In this document: positions 49,344 through 59,801 of the stretch, one piece after another | How the letters are laid out: every line of letters starts with the position of its first letter | Numbering within the stretch: the first letter of the stretch is position 1 | Source of the DNA: Calditrichia bacterium | GTDB lineage: Bacteria > Calditrichota > Calditrichia > RBG-13-44-9 > J075 | Direction of reading: 5' to 3' | Length of the DNA: 64,000 nt | Assembly (NCBI GenBank): GCA_050633245.1 | Contig: JBOEGD010000018.1 | Span: forward strand, 128,001 to 192,000 | Position numbers and translations under genes: made by a program | Notes under the pieces: model-generated | The model's input: the letters and a program-made list of their open reading frames with translations, nothing else | Database searches by the model: none | What the model was told of the DNA's origin: nothing

Positions 49344-49381
49344 TATGCTATCGGAAACAGGCTTCTGTTTCCGATAGCATA
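49344..49381 (+). terminator. 17-bp stem-loop between flgE and motA
   Basis: TATGCTATCGGAAACAG-GCTT-CTGTTTCCGATAGCATA; no U-tract on the + strand. Confidence 0.65.
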
Positions 49382-49408
49382 AAAGCTTAACTGTTAGGAG
49401 CATGCTCT

Positions 49409-50197
49409 GTGGATTTATCAACATTAATTGGGATTGTTTCAGGTGCTTTACTGGTTCTGATTTCCATTCTTCTTGGTGGAAGCGCAGCGATTTTCGTGCA
49501 CGTGCCTTCTATGCTTATGGTATTTGGTGGCGCACTTGCTGCTACTCTTATCAGCTATAAGATGGAGCATGTAACCGGTGTAATGAGCGTATTGCAGAAA
49601 ACGCTGAAAGTGAATCTGGCTGAAAACTCCGCTATTGTTGAACAGTTAACCGAGCTGGCGCGTTTGGTTAGGAAAGACGGAGCACTCGCCCTGGATGAAG
49701 AAGTTCGAAAAATTGACGATACTTTTTTACGTGGCGGCCTGGAAATGGTTATTGATGGGAGCGATACAGATACCGTTCGCGAAATTATGGAATTAGAACT
49801 TTCCTACCTTATGGAACGGCATAAGCTGGGGCAGGGGATTTTTAACGCATTGGGAATGTATGCGCCCGCTTTTGGAATGATTGGAACTTTGGTTGGGCTA
49901 ATTGCCATGCTTCAACAGTTGGATGACCCTTCAAATATCGGAGGTGGTATGGCCGTGGCTCTTATCACCACTTTTTATGGTGCACTGGGTTCGAACCTTA
50001 TTTTTATACCGCTGGCTAAAAAGCTGAAAACCAAGTCAAGTGAGGAAGTTATCTCGAAAGAGATGATTATTGAAGGCGTATTGTCAATTCAACGGGGTGA
50101 GCATCCAAATAATGTTAGTAGAAAGTTGTATAGCTTCCTACCGCCAAGTCTTCGCTCTGGAAGCACGGCTGAAGTTGAAGCTGCGAGCGTGGGGTAA
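49409..50197 (+). CDS. motA: Stator A subunit 2 (PomA-like)
   Basis: VRKDGALALD, APAFGMIGTLVGL, AVALITTFYG. Confidence 0.94.
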   Translation: MDLSTLIGIVSGALLVLISILLGGSAAIFVHVPSMLMVFGGALAATLISYKMEHVTGVMSVLQKTLKVNLAENSAIVEQLTELARLVRKDGALALDEEVRKIDDTFLRGGLEMVIDGSDTDTVREIMELELSYLMERHKLGQGIFNALGMYAPAFGMIGTLVGLIAMLQQLDDPSNIGGGMAVALITTFYGALGSNLIFIPLAKKLKTKSSEEVISKEMIIEGVLSIQRGEHPNNVSRKLYSFLPPSLRSGSTAEVEAASVG

Positions 50198-50203
50198 AAT
50201 TAA

Positions 50204-50899
50204 ATGAAGAAAAAAATTGAAGAAGACGAAGAGCTTACAGCCCCATTTTGGATGACAACCTACGGAGACATGGTTACCTTGATGCTGACGTTTTTTATCC
50301 TTTTGGTTTCCTATTCTACTATTGAGTTGGAAAAGTTTCGTGGGGCTATGGAATCGTTGAAGGGGGCACTTGGGATTTTTGAGGGGCACGAAAGCCCGCA
50401 AAAAAGCCCTTACCTCAACTTTGATACGAACAACTCCTCGCGTAGAGCCGATTTAAATGATCGAGCTAAGCAGATGGAGTCACTCATTCTGGCAGACAGC
50501 TTGCAGCATATTGTGGAATTTGAAATATTAGAAAGCGGTGTCTTGTTGCGTCTGGGGCAGGAAGTATTATTTGATGTTGGAAGCGTTGAACTGAAAGGTG
50601 AGGCTCATGAAATTCTTGCGATACTAAGTGAGATTCTTAAAGCTGATCTGAAAGAAATACAGGTGGAAGGGCACACGGATGATGTTCCTATTAGCACTAC
50701 TCGCTTTCCCTCGAACTGGGAGCTTTCTGCAGCAAGAGCACTTAGTGTGGTGCGCTACTTCTTTGAAGTAGAGGGAATCCCGGAGAAGCATCTGGTAGCT
50801 GTTGGTCGTGGAGAACATCGCCCACTTGTGGCAAATGATTCACGAGAAAACAGGCGTAAGAACCGCCGGGTTGAAATAATGATTAAATGGACAGACTGA
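50204..50899 (+). CDS. motB: Stator B subunit 2
   Basis: WMTTYGDMVTLMLTFFILL; VEGHTD, SNWELSAARA, NRRVEI. Confidence 0.94.
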   Translation: MKKKIEEDEELTAPFWMTTYGDMVTLMLTFFILLVSYSTIELEKFRGAMESLKGALGIFEGHESPQKSPYLNFDTNNSSRRADLNDRAKQMESLILADSLQHIVEFEILESGVLLRLGQEVLFDVGSVELKGEAHEILAILSEILKADLKEIQVEGHTDDVPISTTRFPSNWELSAARALSVVRYFFEVEGIPEKHLVAVGRGEHRPLVANDSRENRRKNRRVEIMIKWTD

Positions 50900-50939
50900 A
50901 TTTTAAACATGTTCGCTGAAATAGAAGAGGCATTATCTC

Positions 50940-51440
50940 ATGGATGAAAATAATGTAGTTCAAGAGGGCAGTGAAGCCCCAAAAAAGAAGAAACCTATCT
51001 TGTTGTACGTCGCAATATTTGCGGCGCAAATAATTGCATCCCTTGCATTATTGTATTTCGTAGTTCTGCCGATGATGAATGGAGAGCCGGCAGAAGGTGA
51101 GACAGCCAGCGCTGAAGTAAAACCGACAGAAAAAAAACTTGAACACATATTCAGGCTGGATGGCTTAACCGTTAATCCCAAAAATTCCGGGGGAAAACGA
51201 TTTGCCGTTTTTGAAGTTGTTATGTCGGTTGATGCCCCTGAAACGGTTGAAACTCTAAAGAAACAAACACCAATTATTAAGGATCGATACATTCGTTACT
51301 TTCGATCGAAAACAATTGCCGAGCTCTCGGTTGAAACTGTTATGGAAAAAGGAAGAGATGAATTAAAGCAGCTAACGAATGAGCTTCTGGGCACAGAAAG
51401 CGTGAACGAAATTTACTTCACGCGCTTTGTCTTGCAATAA
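50940..51440 (+). CDS. fliL: FliL
   Basis: Single TM; TVNPK, IKDRYI, IYFTRFVLQ. Confidence 0.9.
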   Translation: MDENNVVQEGSEAPKKKKPILLYVAIFAAQIIASLALLYFVVLPMMNGEPAEGETASAEVKPTEKKLEHIFRLDGLTVNPKNSGGKRFAVFEVVMSVDAPETVETLKKQTPIIKDRYIRYFRSKTIAELSVETVMEKGRDELKQLTNELLGTESVNEIYFTRFVLQ

Positions 51441-51455
51441 TCAAAACAGGGAACA

Positions 51456-52427
51456 ATGAAGAAAATACTCTCTCAGGATGAAATAGATGCTTTAATGGAG
51501 AATGTTGCCGGAGGAACGGCAGACTTATCCAATGAAGTCGATGATGCCTCTCTATACGATTTTCACTTTCCAAACTTAATCTCCCGCAATCGCATGCGAG
51601 TGTTGGAGGAAGTGCATGAAAGCCTTTGTCGCAATGTAAGCGTACTGATTTCCAATCGGTTGACTACTATGGTGGAAATGGATTTGCTTTCTATCGAGCA
51701 AATACGTTTCTCTGGCTTTATGTCTTCCATCGCCACGCCAGGCTGCATATTTGAGTGCGAGATTGAAGCACAGGAAACGAGTTTATTACTGGACTTCTCG
51801 CCGCAGTTAGGAATTTATTTTGTAGAGCGAATGCTTGGCGGACGTGGAGATTTTCTGGAGAACGTTCGGGCTGTTTCTCCGGTTGAACAAACGGTAATGC
51901 GTCGTTTGATTAATCATATTTCTGAAGAAATTGCCAACTGTTGGTTAGATGTCGATACCTATAAATTCCAGGTCAAGCGTTTCGAAAGTAACCCGGAATT
52001 TGTACAAATCTTTCCTGTTGATGAACCGGTAGTAGTTGTTGCTATTGAAGTAAAAATTCAGGGTAGGTCAAGTTTATTCAATATCTGCTATCCTTTTACA
52101 TGGATCTCGCCGATAATCTCTACACCGGAAATACAACAAAAAATTCTACATGGAAAAAAGGACTTTTCCTCAGAAGAGGTGAAAACTGTTCGATCCAACC
52201 TGCTGAATATTCCAGTGCAGCTTAGGGCGGTATTGGGACATAATTCCATCTCGATAGGCGATTTTCTTGATCTAAAAACCAACGACTTTCTTAAGCTCTC
52301 GACGAAAATAGATGAACCGTTATCGGTGTTCGTAAATCAGCGACCGAGCTACGAAGCGGTTTTGGACTCCAGCGGTAAGAACTATTCGGTTCGCATTACC
52401 GGCGAAGTAGATAAGTTGTCTAAATAA
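51456..52427 (+). CDS. fliM: FliM
   Basis: LSQDEIDAL CheY-binding motif, YDF, ESNPEFVQI. Confidence 0.94.
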   Translation: MKKILSQDEIDALMENVAGGTADLSNEVDDASLYDFHFPNLISRNRMRVLEEVHESLCRNVSVLISNRLTTMVEMDLLSIEQIRFSGFMSSIATPGCIFECEIEAQETSLLLDFSPQLGIYFVERMLGGRGDFLENVRAVSPVEQTVMRRLINHISEEIANCWLDVDTYKFQVKRFESNPEFVQIFPVDEPVVVVAIEVKIQGRSSLFNICYPFTWISPIISTPEIQQKILHGKKDFSSEEVKTVRSNLLNIPVQLRAVLGHNSISIGDFLDLKTNDFLKLSTKIDEPLSVFVNQRPSYEAVLDSSGKNYSVRITGEVDKLSK

Positions 52428-52501
52428 ACAAATTAGTATACAACACCAGGGTTTGAACAAATAGAATTGTTCAGCCACAATTCTAAAGCAGAGGATAAAA
52501 C

Positions 52502-52948
52502 GTGGCAACAGTAGAAGAGCCGGAAGCTATGGTTGATGAGCAAACAGAAAATAAGGGCACTGCGCCTTCAAATGGGCAAAACTCAAATGATGTTTCTGTT
52601 GCTCCACCTCCTGAGGTTTTAACTGAACAGGAAGATCCCCAAAGGGTATCTGAAGAAACGAGTTCGGAGGACTCTGAACATTTTGGTGAGCGCAATGTGT
52701 CGATGCTGATGGATGTAGAACTCAACGTTACTGTTGAGCTGGGTAGAAAGCAAATGTCCATAGCAGAGATCCTGAAGCTGGGCAAGGGAACGGTTATTGA
52801 ACTTGCAAAAGCGGCAGGTGAGCCGCTGGATATCTATATAAATGGTACTCGTATGGCGCGAGGGGAAGTCGTGGTAATTGATGAGCAATTTGCCGTCCGC
52901 ATTACGGAGTTGGCTTCTCCCAAAGAACGCATAAAGAGTCTTGGATGA
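52502..52948 (+). CDS. fliN: FliN
   Basis: DVELNVTVELG, AGEPLDIYING..ARGEVVV. Confidence 0.94.
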   Translation: MATVEEPEAMVDEQTENKGTAPSNGQNSNDVSVAPPPEVLTEQEDPQRVSEETSSEDSEHFGERNVSMLMDVELNVTVELGRKQMSIAEILKLGKGTVIELAKAAGEPLDIYINGTRMARGEVVVIDEQFAVRITELASPKERIKSLG

Positions 52949-53457
52949 TGATAAAAGAATCTGCCCCAAATAGCATGAAATGGTTATTTACAATTGCACT
53001 GGTTCTCTTGATTGTGCCATTGTCTGAAACAGGAATTTGTCTACAGACAGATACTAGTGTCGAATTGACACCGGCAGACAGCGTCAGTGTTGCGCAGCTG
53101 GAAAGTGTGTCTTCTTCTGATCATGATTCTGCTATCTCGGCGTTTCTGTTTAAAGTAAGCTGGGTTACGTTGCTTTTACTCGGCTGCTTGGTCTTGGCTG
53201 CAAAACTCTATAAACGCTTTTTGTTCAGAGCCGGAAAAACGCAGTTAATGCAAATTCAGGGTAGGCAGTATCTGGGACCCCGACAAAGCCTGGTGGTAGT
53301 AGAACTGGAAGGACGCCGCTTCTTAATCGGCTGTACCGAGAAACATATCCAGCTTGTCTCAGAGCTCGACAGAGCCGAAGTACCATTCGAGTCAGAACAG
53401 AATTTTCCGGATGAAAGTACTGGCTTCTTACAAGATATTTCGAGGCTGCTGAAATGA
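52945..53457 (+). CDS. fliO: FliO
   Basis: TM plus LGPRQSLVVVE..LIGCTE motif. Confidence 0.85.
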   Translation: MMIKESAPNSMKWLFTIALVLLIVPLSETGICLQTDTSVELTPADSVSVAQLESVSSSDHDSAISAFLFKVSWVTLLLLGCLVLAAKLYKRFLFRAGKTQLMQIQGRQYLGPRQSLVVVELEGRRFLIGCTEKHIQLVSELDRAEVPFESEQNFPDESTGFLQDISRLLK

Positions 53458-54233
53458 CGGTAGGGCGACGCAAAAATAAATTTATGATGCTGCTTGTTCT
53501 GGTGTTTTGCCTGGTCATCTTACCGGCGGAGCTCATTGCACAAGGGAGTAACCCAACGCCTTTGCCGAAGGTCACGATAGGTATCGACCAAACGGATAAT
53601 CCCGAGGAGCTGGTTCCGGCGTTGCAAATACTCTTTTTGTTAACAGTGCTTAGCTTGGCGCCTTCAATTCTAGTCTTAATGACGTCTTTTACACGAATTG
53701 TAATCGTGTTTTATTTTTTGCGGCAGAGTTTGTCAACGCAAAGTGTGCCATCTAACCAGATTCTGATCGGTCTGGCACTTTTTTTAACTTTTTTTATTAT
53801 GCGTCCTGTAATCGATGAGGTTAACGAAAAAGCACTACAACCGTACTTGAATAATCAACATTCTCAACAGGTTGCATTCGAGAAAGCGTTAAAACCAATG
53901 CGAGCTTTTCTGCTAAAGCATGCTGAAGAAAAAGATATTCAGCTTTTTATCGATATGCAGGGGATCGCAGTGGTACAAGGTCCGGATGATATTCCGCTTA
54001 CCAGTCTTATTCCTGCATTTATTATAAGTGAATTAACCAGAGCGTTCAAGATAGGTTTTTTACTCTATTTACCAATGCTGCTGATCGATTTGGTTGTGGG
54101 AAGCATCTTGCTTTCGATGGGCATGATGATGTTGCCGCCGGTAATGATATCGATGCCGTTTAAAATTTTGTTATTCGTCCTTGTGGACGGCTGGTACTTA
54201 CTTATTGAATCACTCGTAAAAGGGTTCGGCTGA
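53454..54233 (+). CDS. fliP: FliP
   Basis: MTSFTRI, PAFIISEL, MGMMMLPPVMISMPFKILLFVLVDGW. Confidence 0.96.
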   Translation: MTVGRRKNKFMMLLVLVFCLVILPAELIAQGSNPTPLPKVTIGIDQTDNPEELVPALQILFLLTVLSLAPSILVLMTSFTRIVIVFYFLRQSLSTQSVPSNQILIGLALFLTFFIMRPVIDEVNEKALQPYLNNQHSQQVAFEKALKPMRAFLLKHAEEKDIQLFIDMQGIAVVQGPDDIPLTSLIPAFIISELTRAFKIGFLLYLPMLLIDLVVGSILLSMGMMMLPPVMISMPFKILLFVLVDGWYLLIESLVKGFG

Positions 54234-54502
54234 TGACTTCAGATTACGTGCTCTATATAACGCGCGAAATGCTAATGACGGGAATCTATATTCTTCTACC
54301 GATTTTAGGCGTCACGCTGGTGGTAGGGGTTTTGATAGCCATTATGCAGTCGGTAACTCAAATTAATGAGATGACCCTGACATTTGTTCCTAAAGTTGGA
54401 GTCGTTGGATTACTGATTTTTCTTCTCTTGCCATGGTTCTTGGAGCTGCTCCGGGCGTTCATGCTGGAAATCTTCCAGCAAATTATTCTGATCGCTCAAT
54501 AA
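54233..54502 (+). CDS. fliQ: FliQ
   Basis: QSVTQINEMTLTFVPK. Confidence 0.95.
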   Translation: MTSDYVLYITREMLMTGIYILLPILGVTLVVGVLIAIMQSVTQINEMTLTFVPKVGVVGLLIFLLLPWFLELLRAFMLEIFQQIILIAQ

Positions 54503-54508
54503 AGCACC

Positions 54509-55288
54509 ATGTTTCAGGCAATTGATATACTGCGGGAAATATTCCCGATCTATATGCTGGTCTTTACCAGAGTTTCAGGGATGCTATTAACACTGCCTGT
54601 TTTTGGCTACCAAACTGTGCCGGGCAAGGTGCGGTTAATGCTGTCTCTGGCAATTACATTGCTCATTGCCATGCCCTTGTCTAAAGAAATGACAATCGCT
54701 TATGATTCGCATTGGGAACTTTTTTCCATTATTGGTTCAGAACTTCTTATCGGCCTGATGATTGGGATTGGAGCCCGCTTTATTTTTGAGGCAGTAACGA
54801 TAGCCGGCTCTTTTATTAGCATGCAGGTTGGTATGGGAATGATGCAGGTGGTCGACCCGAACAGTAGTCAGCAACAGCCGATTGTCAGCCAACTACTGTT
54901 TATGGTGGTATTGGTTTACTTTTTAGCCCTGGATGGTCATCACATGCTGTTAGAGGCGCTTTTTAACAGTTTTAAACTGATCGTACCAGGTGCCGCAAGC
55001 TTTCAATCTGAACTTGGAGTGCATTTTATATCCGGGGGCTCATTGATGTATAATCTGGCCTTTAGGCTGGCGGCCCCGGCTCTGGTTTTCTTAATACTCA
55101 TAGACATTTCGCTGGCTTTTGTGACTCGAATGATGCCGCAAGCAAATATCTTCTTTATCAGCTTGCCACTAAAGCTTGGCGTAGGAATGGTTATTCTGAT
55201 CCTAACCTTAAACATAGTGCAATTGATGTTTGCCTACTTGATGCAGAATTTGGCATTGTTCCTAGATGAACTTCTTCAACTCTTATAA
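54509..55288 (+). CDS. fliR: FliR
   Basis: FTRVSG, QVGMG..DP, DGHH, PQANIF..PLK. Confidence 0.94.
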   Translation: MFQAIDILREIFPIYMLVFTRVSGMLLTLPVFGYQTVPGKVRLMLSLAITLLIAMPLSKEMTIAYDSHWELFSIIGSELLIGLMIGIGARFIFEAVTIAGSFISMQVGMGMMQVVDPNSSQQQPIVSQLLFMVVLVYFLALDGHHMLLEALFNSFKLIVPGAASFQSELGVHFISGGSLMYNLAFRLAAPALVFLILIDISLAFVTRMMPQANIFFISLPLKLGVGMVILILTLNIVQLMFAYLMQNLALFLDELLQLL

Positions 55289-55305
55289 GACAGGAATGTT
55301 GATAA

Positions 55306-56388
55306 GTGTCTTCAAAAGACAGCAAAACAGAAAAGGCCACGCCCAAACGGCGTCAGGAAGCCGTTGAAAAAGGAGATGTTGCTCGCAGTATGGAAATAAA
55401 TACTGCTGCAGTTATGCTGAGTGTACTCATGGCTTTTTGGTTTGGCGGTGCAGGACTCTGGCACACGCTGAAACTGTATCTGCAAAGTGTTTTTGTCCTG
55501 TCGTCTTCAACAGATCTGACGATTGAAACGCTGCCGACTCTGTTAACAGATGCCGGATTAGTTGCCATGAAGCTGTTGGCACCTATTTTATTAACAATTA
55601 GCACCTTTAGCATTTTATCTAATATCTCGCAAACGGGACTGATTTTTTCTCAAAAGTCCTTAAAGCCGCAATTTGATAAGCTAAATCCGATGAATGGATT
55701 TAAGCGGTTATTCTCCAGTCGCTCGCTGATTGAGACATTAAAGGGGTTTCTGAAGATCGGTATTGTTGGCACTGTAGGCTATTTTGTTCTCATAAAATAC
55801 ATAGAAGAGTATCCGCTGCTTGCTCACCGGTCTATTCCTGAGATTGTCAGTTTCTTGTTTAGCGTAATATTTGAACTCAGTATCAAGGCTGTCTTGGCGA
55901 TATCAATTCTTGCAGTTATGGACCTGGCATACCAGCGGTGGGAGTATGCTCGAAAGCTGAAAATGTCAAAACAGGAAATAAAAGATGAGCATAAGCAAGC
56001 CGAAGGTGACCCGAAAGTTAAAGGTCAGCTTCAGGCGCAGCAGCGTGAACTTATCCGACACCGGATGATGTCCGCAGTACCGGAAGCGACAGTTGTAGTG
56101 ACGAACCCGACGCACATTGCTGTGGCATTAAAATATGATCCATCCTCGAAAAGCGATGCGCCACTTCTTGTCGCGAAGGGGCAAAACAAGATTGCAGAGC
56201 GGATCAAAGAAATAGCCGGTGAAAATAATATCCCGGTAATCGAGAATAAGCCGCTTGCAAGAAGCCTTTTTAAACTTGGTGAAATAAATATGGAAATACC
56301 GATTGAACATTATCAGGCAGTAGCGGAAATCCTGACGCTTATTTGGCAAGATCGCGATTTACCGTCAAACAGGAAGGATCAGAACTAA
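55306..56388 (+). CDS. flhB: FlhB
   Basis: KTEKATPKR, EGDPKVK, NPTH autocleavage site. Confidence 0.96.
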   Translation: MSSKDSKTEKATPKRRQEAVEKGDVARSMEINTAAVMLSVLMAFWFGGAGLWHTLKLYLQSVFVLSSSTDLTIETLPTLLTDAGLVAMKLLAPILLTISTFSILSNISQTGLIFSQKSLKPQFDKLNPMNGFKRLFSSRSLIETLKGFLKIGIVGTVGYFVLIKYIEEYPLLAHRSIPEIVSFLFSVIFELSIKAVLAISILAVMDLAYQRWEYARKLKMSKQEIKDEHKQAEGDPKVKGQLQAQQRELIRHRMMSAVPEATVVVTNPTHIAVALKYDPSSKSDAPLLVAKGQNKIAERIKEIAGENNIPVIENKPLARSLFKLGEINMEIPIEHYQAVAEILTLIWQDRDLPSNRKDQN

Positions 56389-58479
56389 ATGTCTGATACT
56401 GGAAGCGCATGGAACATTCGCGGTATGGACAGCAACTCGATGCTGGCAATGGGGGTGATCCTCATTTTGGCGGTGATGATATTGCCGCTACCTGCTTTTT
56501 TGCTGGATATGTTATTGGTAATGAACATTACCAGTGCTCTGGTTATTATGTTTGTTGCACTTTATGTTATGCGTCCTGTCGATTTTTCCGTATTTCCCGG
56601 AATCCTGTTAATTCTGACTCTCTTTCGCTTATCACTAAATATTGCTTCAACACGTCTTATTCTGGGAGATGGATATTCCGGAGAAATAATTGAGGCTTTC
56701 GGTAATGTTGTTGTCGGTGGGAATTTTGTGGTTGGTGGCGTCATCTTCCTGATTCTGGTACTCATTAACTTTATTGTGATTACGAAAGGTGCGACGCGTA
56801 TTGCCGAGGTTTCAGCACGGTTTACTCTGGACGCCATGCCGGGAAAACAGATGTCTATTGATGCCGACCTAAATGCCGGTCTGATTGATGATCAGGAAGC
56901 AAAACTGCGCCGAGAAATTATTTCACAGGAAGCAGACTTTTATGGAGCTATGGATGGGGCAAGTAAATTTGTACGTGGAGATGCGGTTGCAGGTCTGTTG
57001 ATTACCGTGGTAAACCTGGTTGGTGGTTTGCTTATTGGGGTACTTCAGATGGGGCTGCCATTACTGGAAGCGGCAACTCAATACACGCTTCTGACGATTG
57101 GAGACGGTTTGATTGCTCAGATTCCGGCACTAATAATCTCAACCGCTGCCGGAATTGTTATTAGCCGGGCCTCTTCGGCTTCGAATCTGGGAACTGATAT
57201 TCAAAAGCAGATAACGCGCGAACCAAAGGCCATTTTGGTAACAGCACTTATTCTGATGTTTTTAGCAGTAATGCCCGGAATGCCGTTTTTACCATTTTTC
57301 ACAATGGCATTAATCATGGGGTTACTCGGCTCTCAGGTCGTGAAGGCGCATAAGCAAGAGCTGGAATTGGCTGAAGCGCCTGTGATCGAAGAAATACCGG
57401 AAGAAAAGGTAGAAGAACGGATTGAAGAGTTCCTTCATCCCGATGCATTTGAAATAGAAATAGGCTATGGATTAATTCCGATGGTGGATACCGAGCGTGG
57501 TGGCAATCTGCTAAATCGCATTACGATGATCCGGAAATCGTTTGCCATCGAAATGGGTGTCATCGTACCGCCAATTCGTATTCGGGATAATATCCAAATG
57601 AGTGCAAATGCCTATTGTTTCAAGGTCTATGGTGTAGAAGTCGCCTCCGGAGACGTGATGGCTGAGCATTATATGATTGTGAACCCCGACCCGTCTCAAG
57701 GACTCCGCGGTATAGAAATGACTGAACCTACTTTTGGCTTACCTGCACTTTGGGTAAATAAACAGGAAAAAGAACAAGCCGAAATGTTTGGGAATACTGT
57801 TGTGGAAGCGGAGGCTGTAATTGCCACTCACCTGATGGAAACGCTAAAGAAAAATTGCTATAAACTGTTGGACAGACAAGAAGTTCAGCGGATGCTGGAG
57901 CACTTGAAAGAAACACACTCGGCACTCATTGAGGAACTGGTACCAAATCTGGTTACGCTTGGGATTATTCAAAAAGTATTAAAAAACCTGCTCAAAGAAA
58001 GTATTCCGATTCGAAATTTGGTAATGATCCTCGAGACTATTGCCGATTATTCTGTCCATTCAAAGGATGCTGAAGTTTTAACAGAATACGTGAGAAGTTC
58101 TCTTGCGGAAACAATTACGGATTTAGTTAAAAATGACAATGATGTTGTTGTGGTTGCCACTCTGGAGCCACAGTTAGAGAGTCATTTTATTCAAAACGTC
58201 AAGGCAGGAAAAACCGTTGCCCAAAACCTTGGCTTTATGCCTGATCAGGTGAATAACCTATTTAAAAAATTGGGTGATATGATTGAAAAAGCTGTAGGTA
58301 TGGGGGAGAATCCGGTGTTGCTGGTTTCACCTTTATTCCGACGGCACATGAAAAGTTTTGTTGAACCTGTTTTTCCAAATCTAACGGTGTTGTCCTTCTC
58401 TGAACTTAGAATGGATACTGAGATTAAATCAATAGATATGGTGGGCTACCCGCATGCAAACGAAAACGTACTGGGGTGA
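56389..58479 (+). CDS. flhA: FlhA
   Basis: RIAEVSARFTLDAMPGKQMSIDADL, FYGAMDGASKFVRGD. Confidence 0.97.
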   Translation: MSDTGSAWNIRGMDSNSMLAMGVILILAVMILPLPAFLLDMLLVMNITSALVIMFVALYVMRPVDFSVFPGILLILTLFRLSLNIASTRLILGDGYSGEIIEAFGNVVVGGNFVVGGVIFLILVLINFIVITKGATRIAEVSARFTLDAMPGKQMSIDADLNAGLIDDQEAKLRREIISQEADFYGAMDGASKFVRGDAVAGLLITVVNLVGGLLIGVLQMGLPLLEAATQYTLLTIGDGLIAQIPALIISTAAGIVISRASSASNLGTDIQKQITREPKAILVTALILMFLAVMPGMPFLPFFTMALIMGLLGSQVVKAHKQELELAEAPVIEEIPEEKVEERIEEFLHPDAFEIEIGYGLIPMVDTERGGNLLNRITMIRKSFAIEMGVIVPPIRIRDNIQMSANAYCFKVYGVEVASGDVMAEHYMIVNPDPSQGLRGIEMTEPTFGLPALWVNKQEKEQAEMFGNTVVEAEAVIATHLMETLKKNCYKLLDRQEVQRMLEHLKETHSALIEELVPNLVTLGIIQKVLKNLLKESIPIRNLVMILETIADYSVHSKDAEVLTEYVRSSLAETITDLVKNDNDVVVVATLEPQLESHFIQNVKAGKTVAQNLGFMPDQVNNLFKKLGDMIEKAVGMGENPVLLVSPLFRRHMKSFVEPVFPNLTVLSFSELRMDTEIKSIDMVGYPHANENVLG

Positions 58480-59800
58480 TACCCTTTCTCAGGCAATTGA
58501 AAAAGCCCGGGAAGAATGGGGAAAAGGTATTATTCTCCTCGAATCGCAAAAGATGGCCAATAGTGAACAGAATGCATCTTCCACTTATAAGATTACGGTT
58601 GGTGTAGATGAACTTACACAACGGATGAGAGCCTGGCGTCCGCCTACTATTGCCAGTAAGAGTCAACAGCGAATTATTAAGCAAGATGGTAGTGGTGGGT
58701 TTAAACAGGTTTTTAAAGAACCCACACCGGATGTTAAAACTAACGCATTTGAAAAGCGCCTGGTCGATGAGATTGCTGCTCTGCGCGCTGAAATGTTGGA
58801 GATGCGTGAGAGGACAGGGAAGTTGGTTGCCACAAACCAGCATCTGTCAACGATGCACCAGGAAAAGGATTCTGATGTGCTCAGTAATGCCATTGAGAAA
58901 GTTGTAAGTAGTGTATCCGACTGGAAAGATCGAGAAACAGCAGTAATGGATGAACTGAATGCTCTGCGTCACCAAATTAAACAGCTTAAGCAACAGAACA
59001 CATCCGATGTCTCAGCTATTACTGAACCATTTGCTTTCACATTGGAGAGGATTTGTGATTCCGGTGTTGATAGTGACTTAGCTGAGAGGGTTGTCCGATT
59101 GGCAATGCTGAAGATAGAAAACCACGCGACGGTAAAAAATGCTGAAATTCAAGAAGTCGTTATGTCGAACCTTGCGAAGCTCGTTCGTACCTATACCTTT
59201 CCGCCAGGTCTTTCAAATAAGCAACAAACTATTTTTCTGGTAGGGCCGACTGGGAGTGGAAAATCTTCTATGGCTTTCAAAGCGGCAATTCACTGGAAAA
59301 ATGAAGCAAATCGTGATGCCTGCGTAATTTCAGTTGGCAGATCTAAGTTACCCGAGGAGCTGAGCGTACTCGCAGAGCAATCTGGTGTTGAAATACAGCA
59401 GGTGCGAACGATTGCCGAATTTGATCTTGCCAGAGAAAAATTTCAAAACAAATCTCTTGTGTTTATTGATATGCCGGGAAGAAGTCCGTTTGCCTTTGGA
59501 AGTTTAAATGAGATGGAAATTTATATTAAGCGAGTACCCTCTTCCGAAGTTTTTTTGGTACTGAGTGCAACGTCCGATATGCGTGATTCCTTATTGGCCT
59601 GTGGACTCTACCTGCTTGTAGATCCGACAGGGCTTATTCTTACCAAGTTTGATGAAACAACCCGACCAGGTAAAATATTCTCAATTTTAAATGAAATCAA
59701 TTTGCCTCTGGTCAGCTTTTCTGATAGCGATAAAATGAATGTCGATATCATTCCGGCTAATGTAGACTACTTGTTCGACAGACTTTTTAACTCACATTGA
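58454..59800 (+). CDS. flhF: SRP-family GTPase FlhF (divergent motifs)
   Basis: N-terminal KTYWG..A..EWG; GPTGSGKS; DMPGRS; TKFDET; position after flhA. Confidence 0.85.
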   Translation: MQTKTYWGDTLSQAIEKAREEWGKGIILLESQKMANSEQNASSTYKITVGVDELTQRMRAWRPPTIASKSQQRIIKQDGSGGFKQVFKEPTPDVKTNAFEKRLVDEIAALRAEMLEMRERTGKLVATNQHLSTMHQEKDSDVLSNAIEKVVSSVSDWKDRETAVMDELNALRHQIKQLKQQNTSDVSAITEPFAFTLERICDSGVDSDLAERVVRLAMLKIENHATVKNAEIQEVVMSNLAKLVRTYTFPPGLSNKQQTIFLVGPTGSGKSSMAFKAAIHWKNEANRDACVISVGRSKLPEELSVLAEQSGVEIQQVRTIAEFDLAREKFQNKSLVFIDMPGRSPFAFGSLNEMEIYIKRVPSSEVFLVLSATSDMRDSLLACGLYLLVDPTGLILTKFDETTRPGKIFSILNEINLPLVSFSDSDKMNVDIIPANVDYLFDRLFNSH

Positions 59801-59801
59801 G

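Noticed and set aside
38349-58479. Export genes as a non-flagellar injectisome T3SS
   Set aside because: Flagellin, hook, rod, stators and FliM/FliG are all present, so the system is flagellar.
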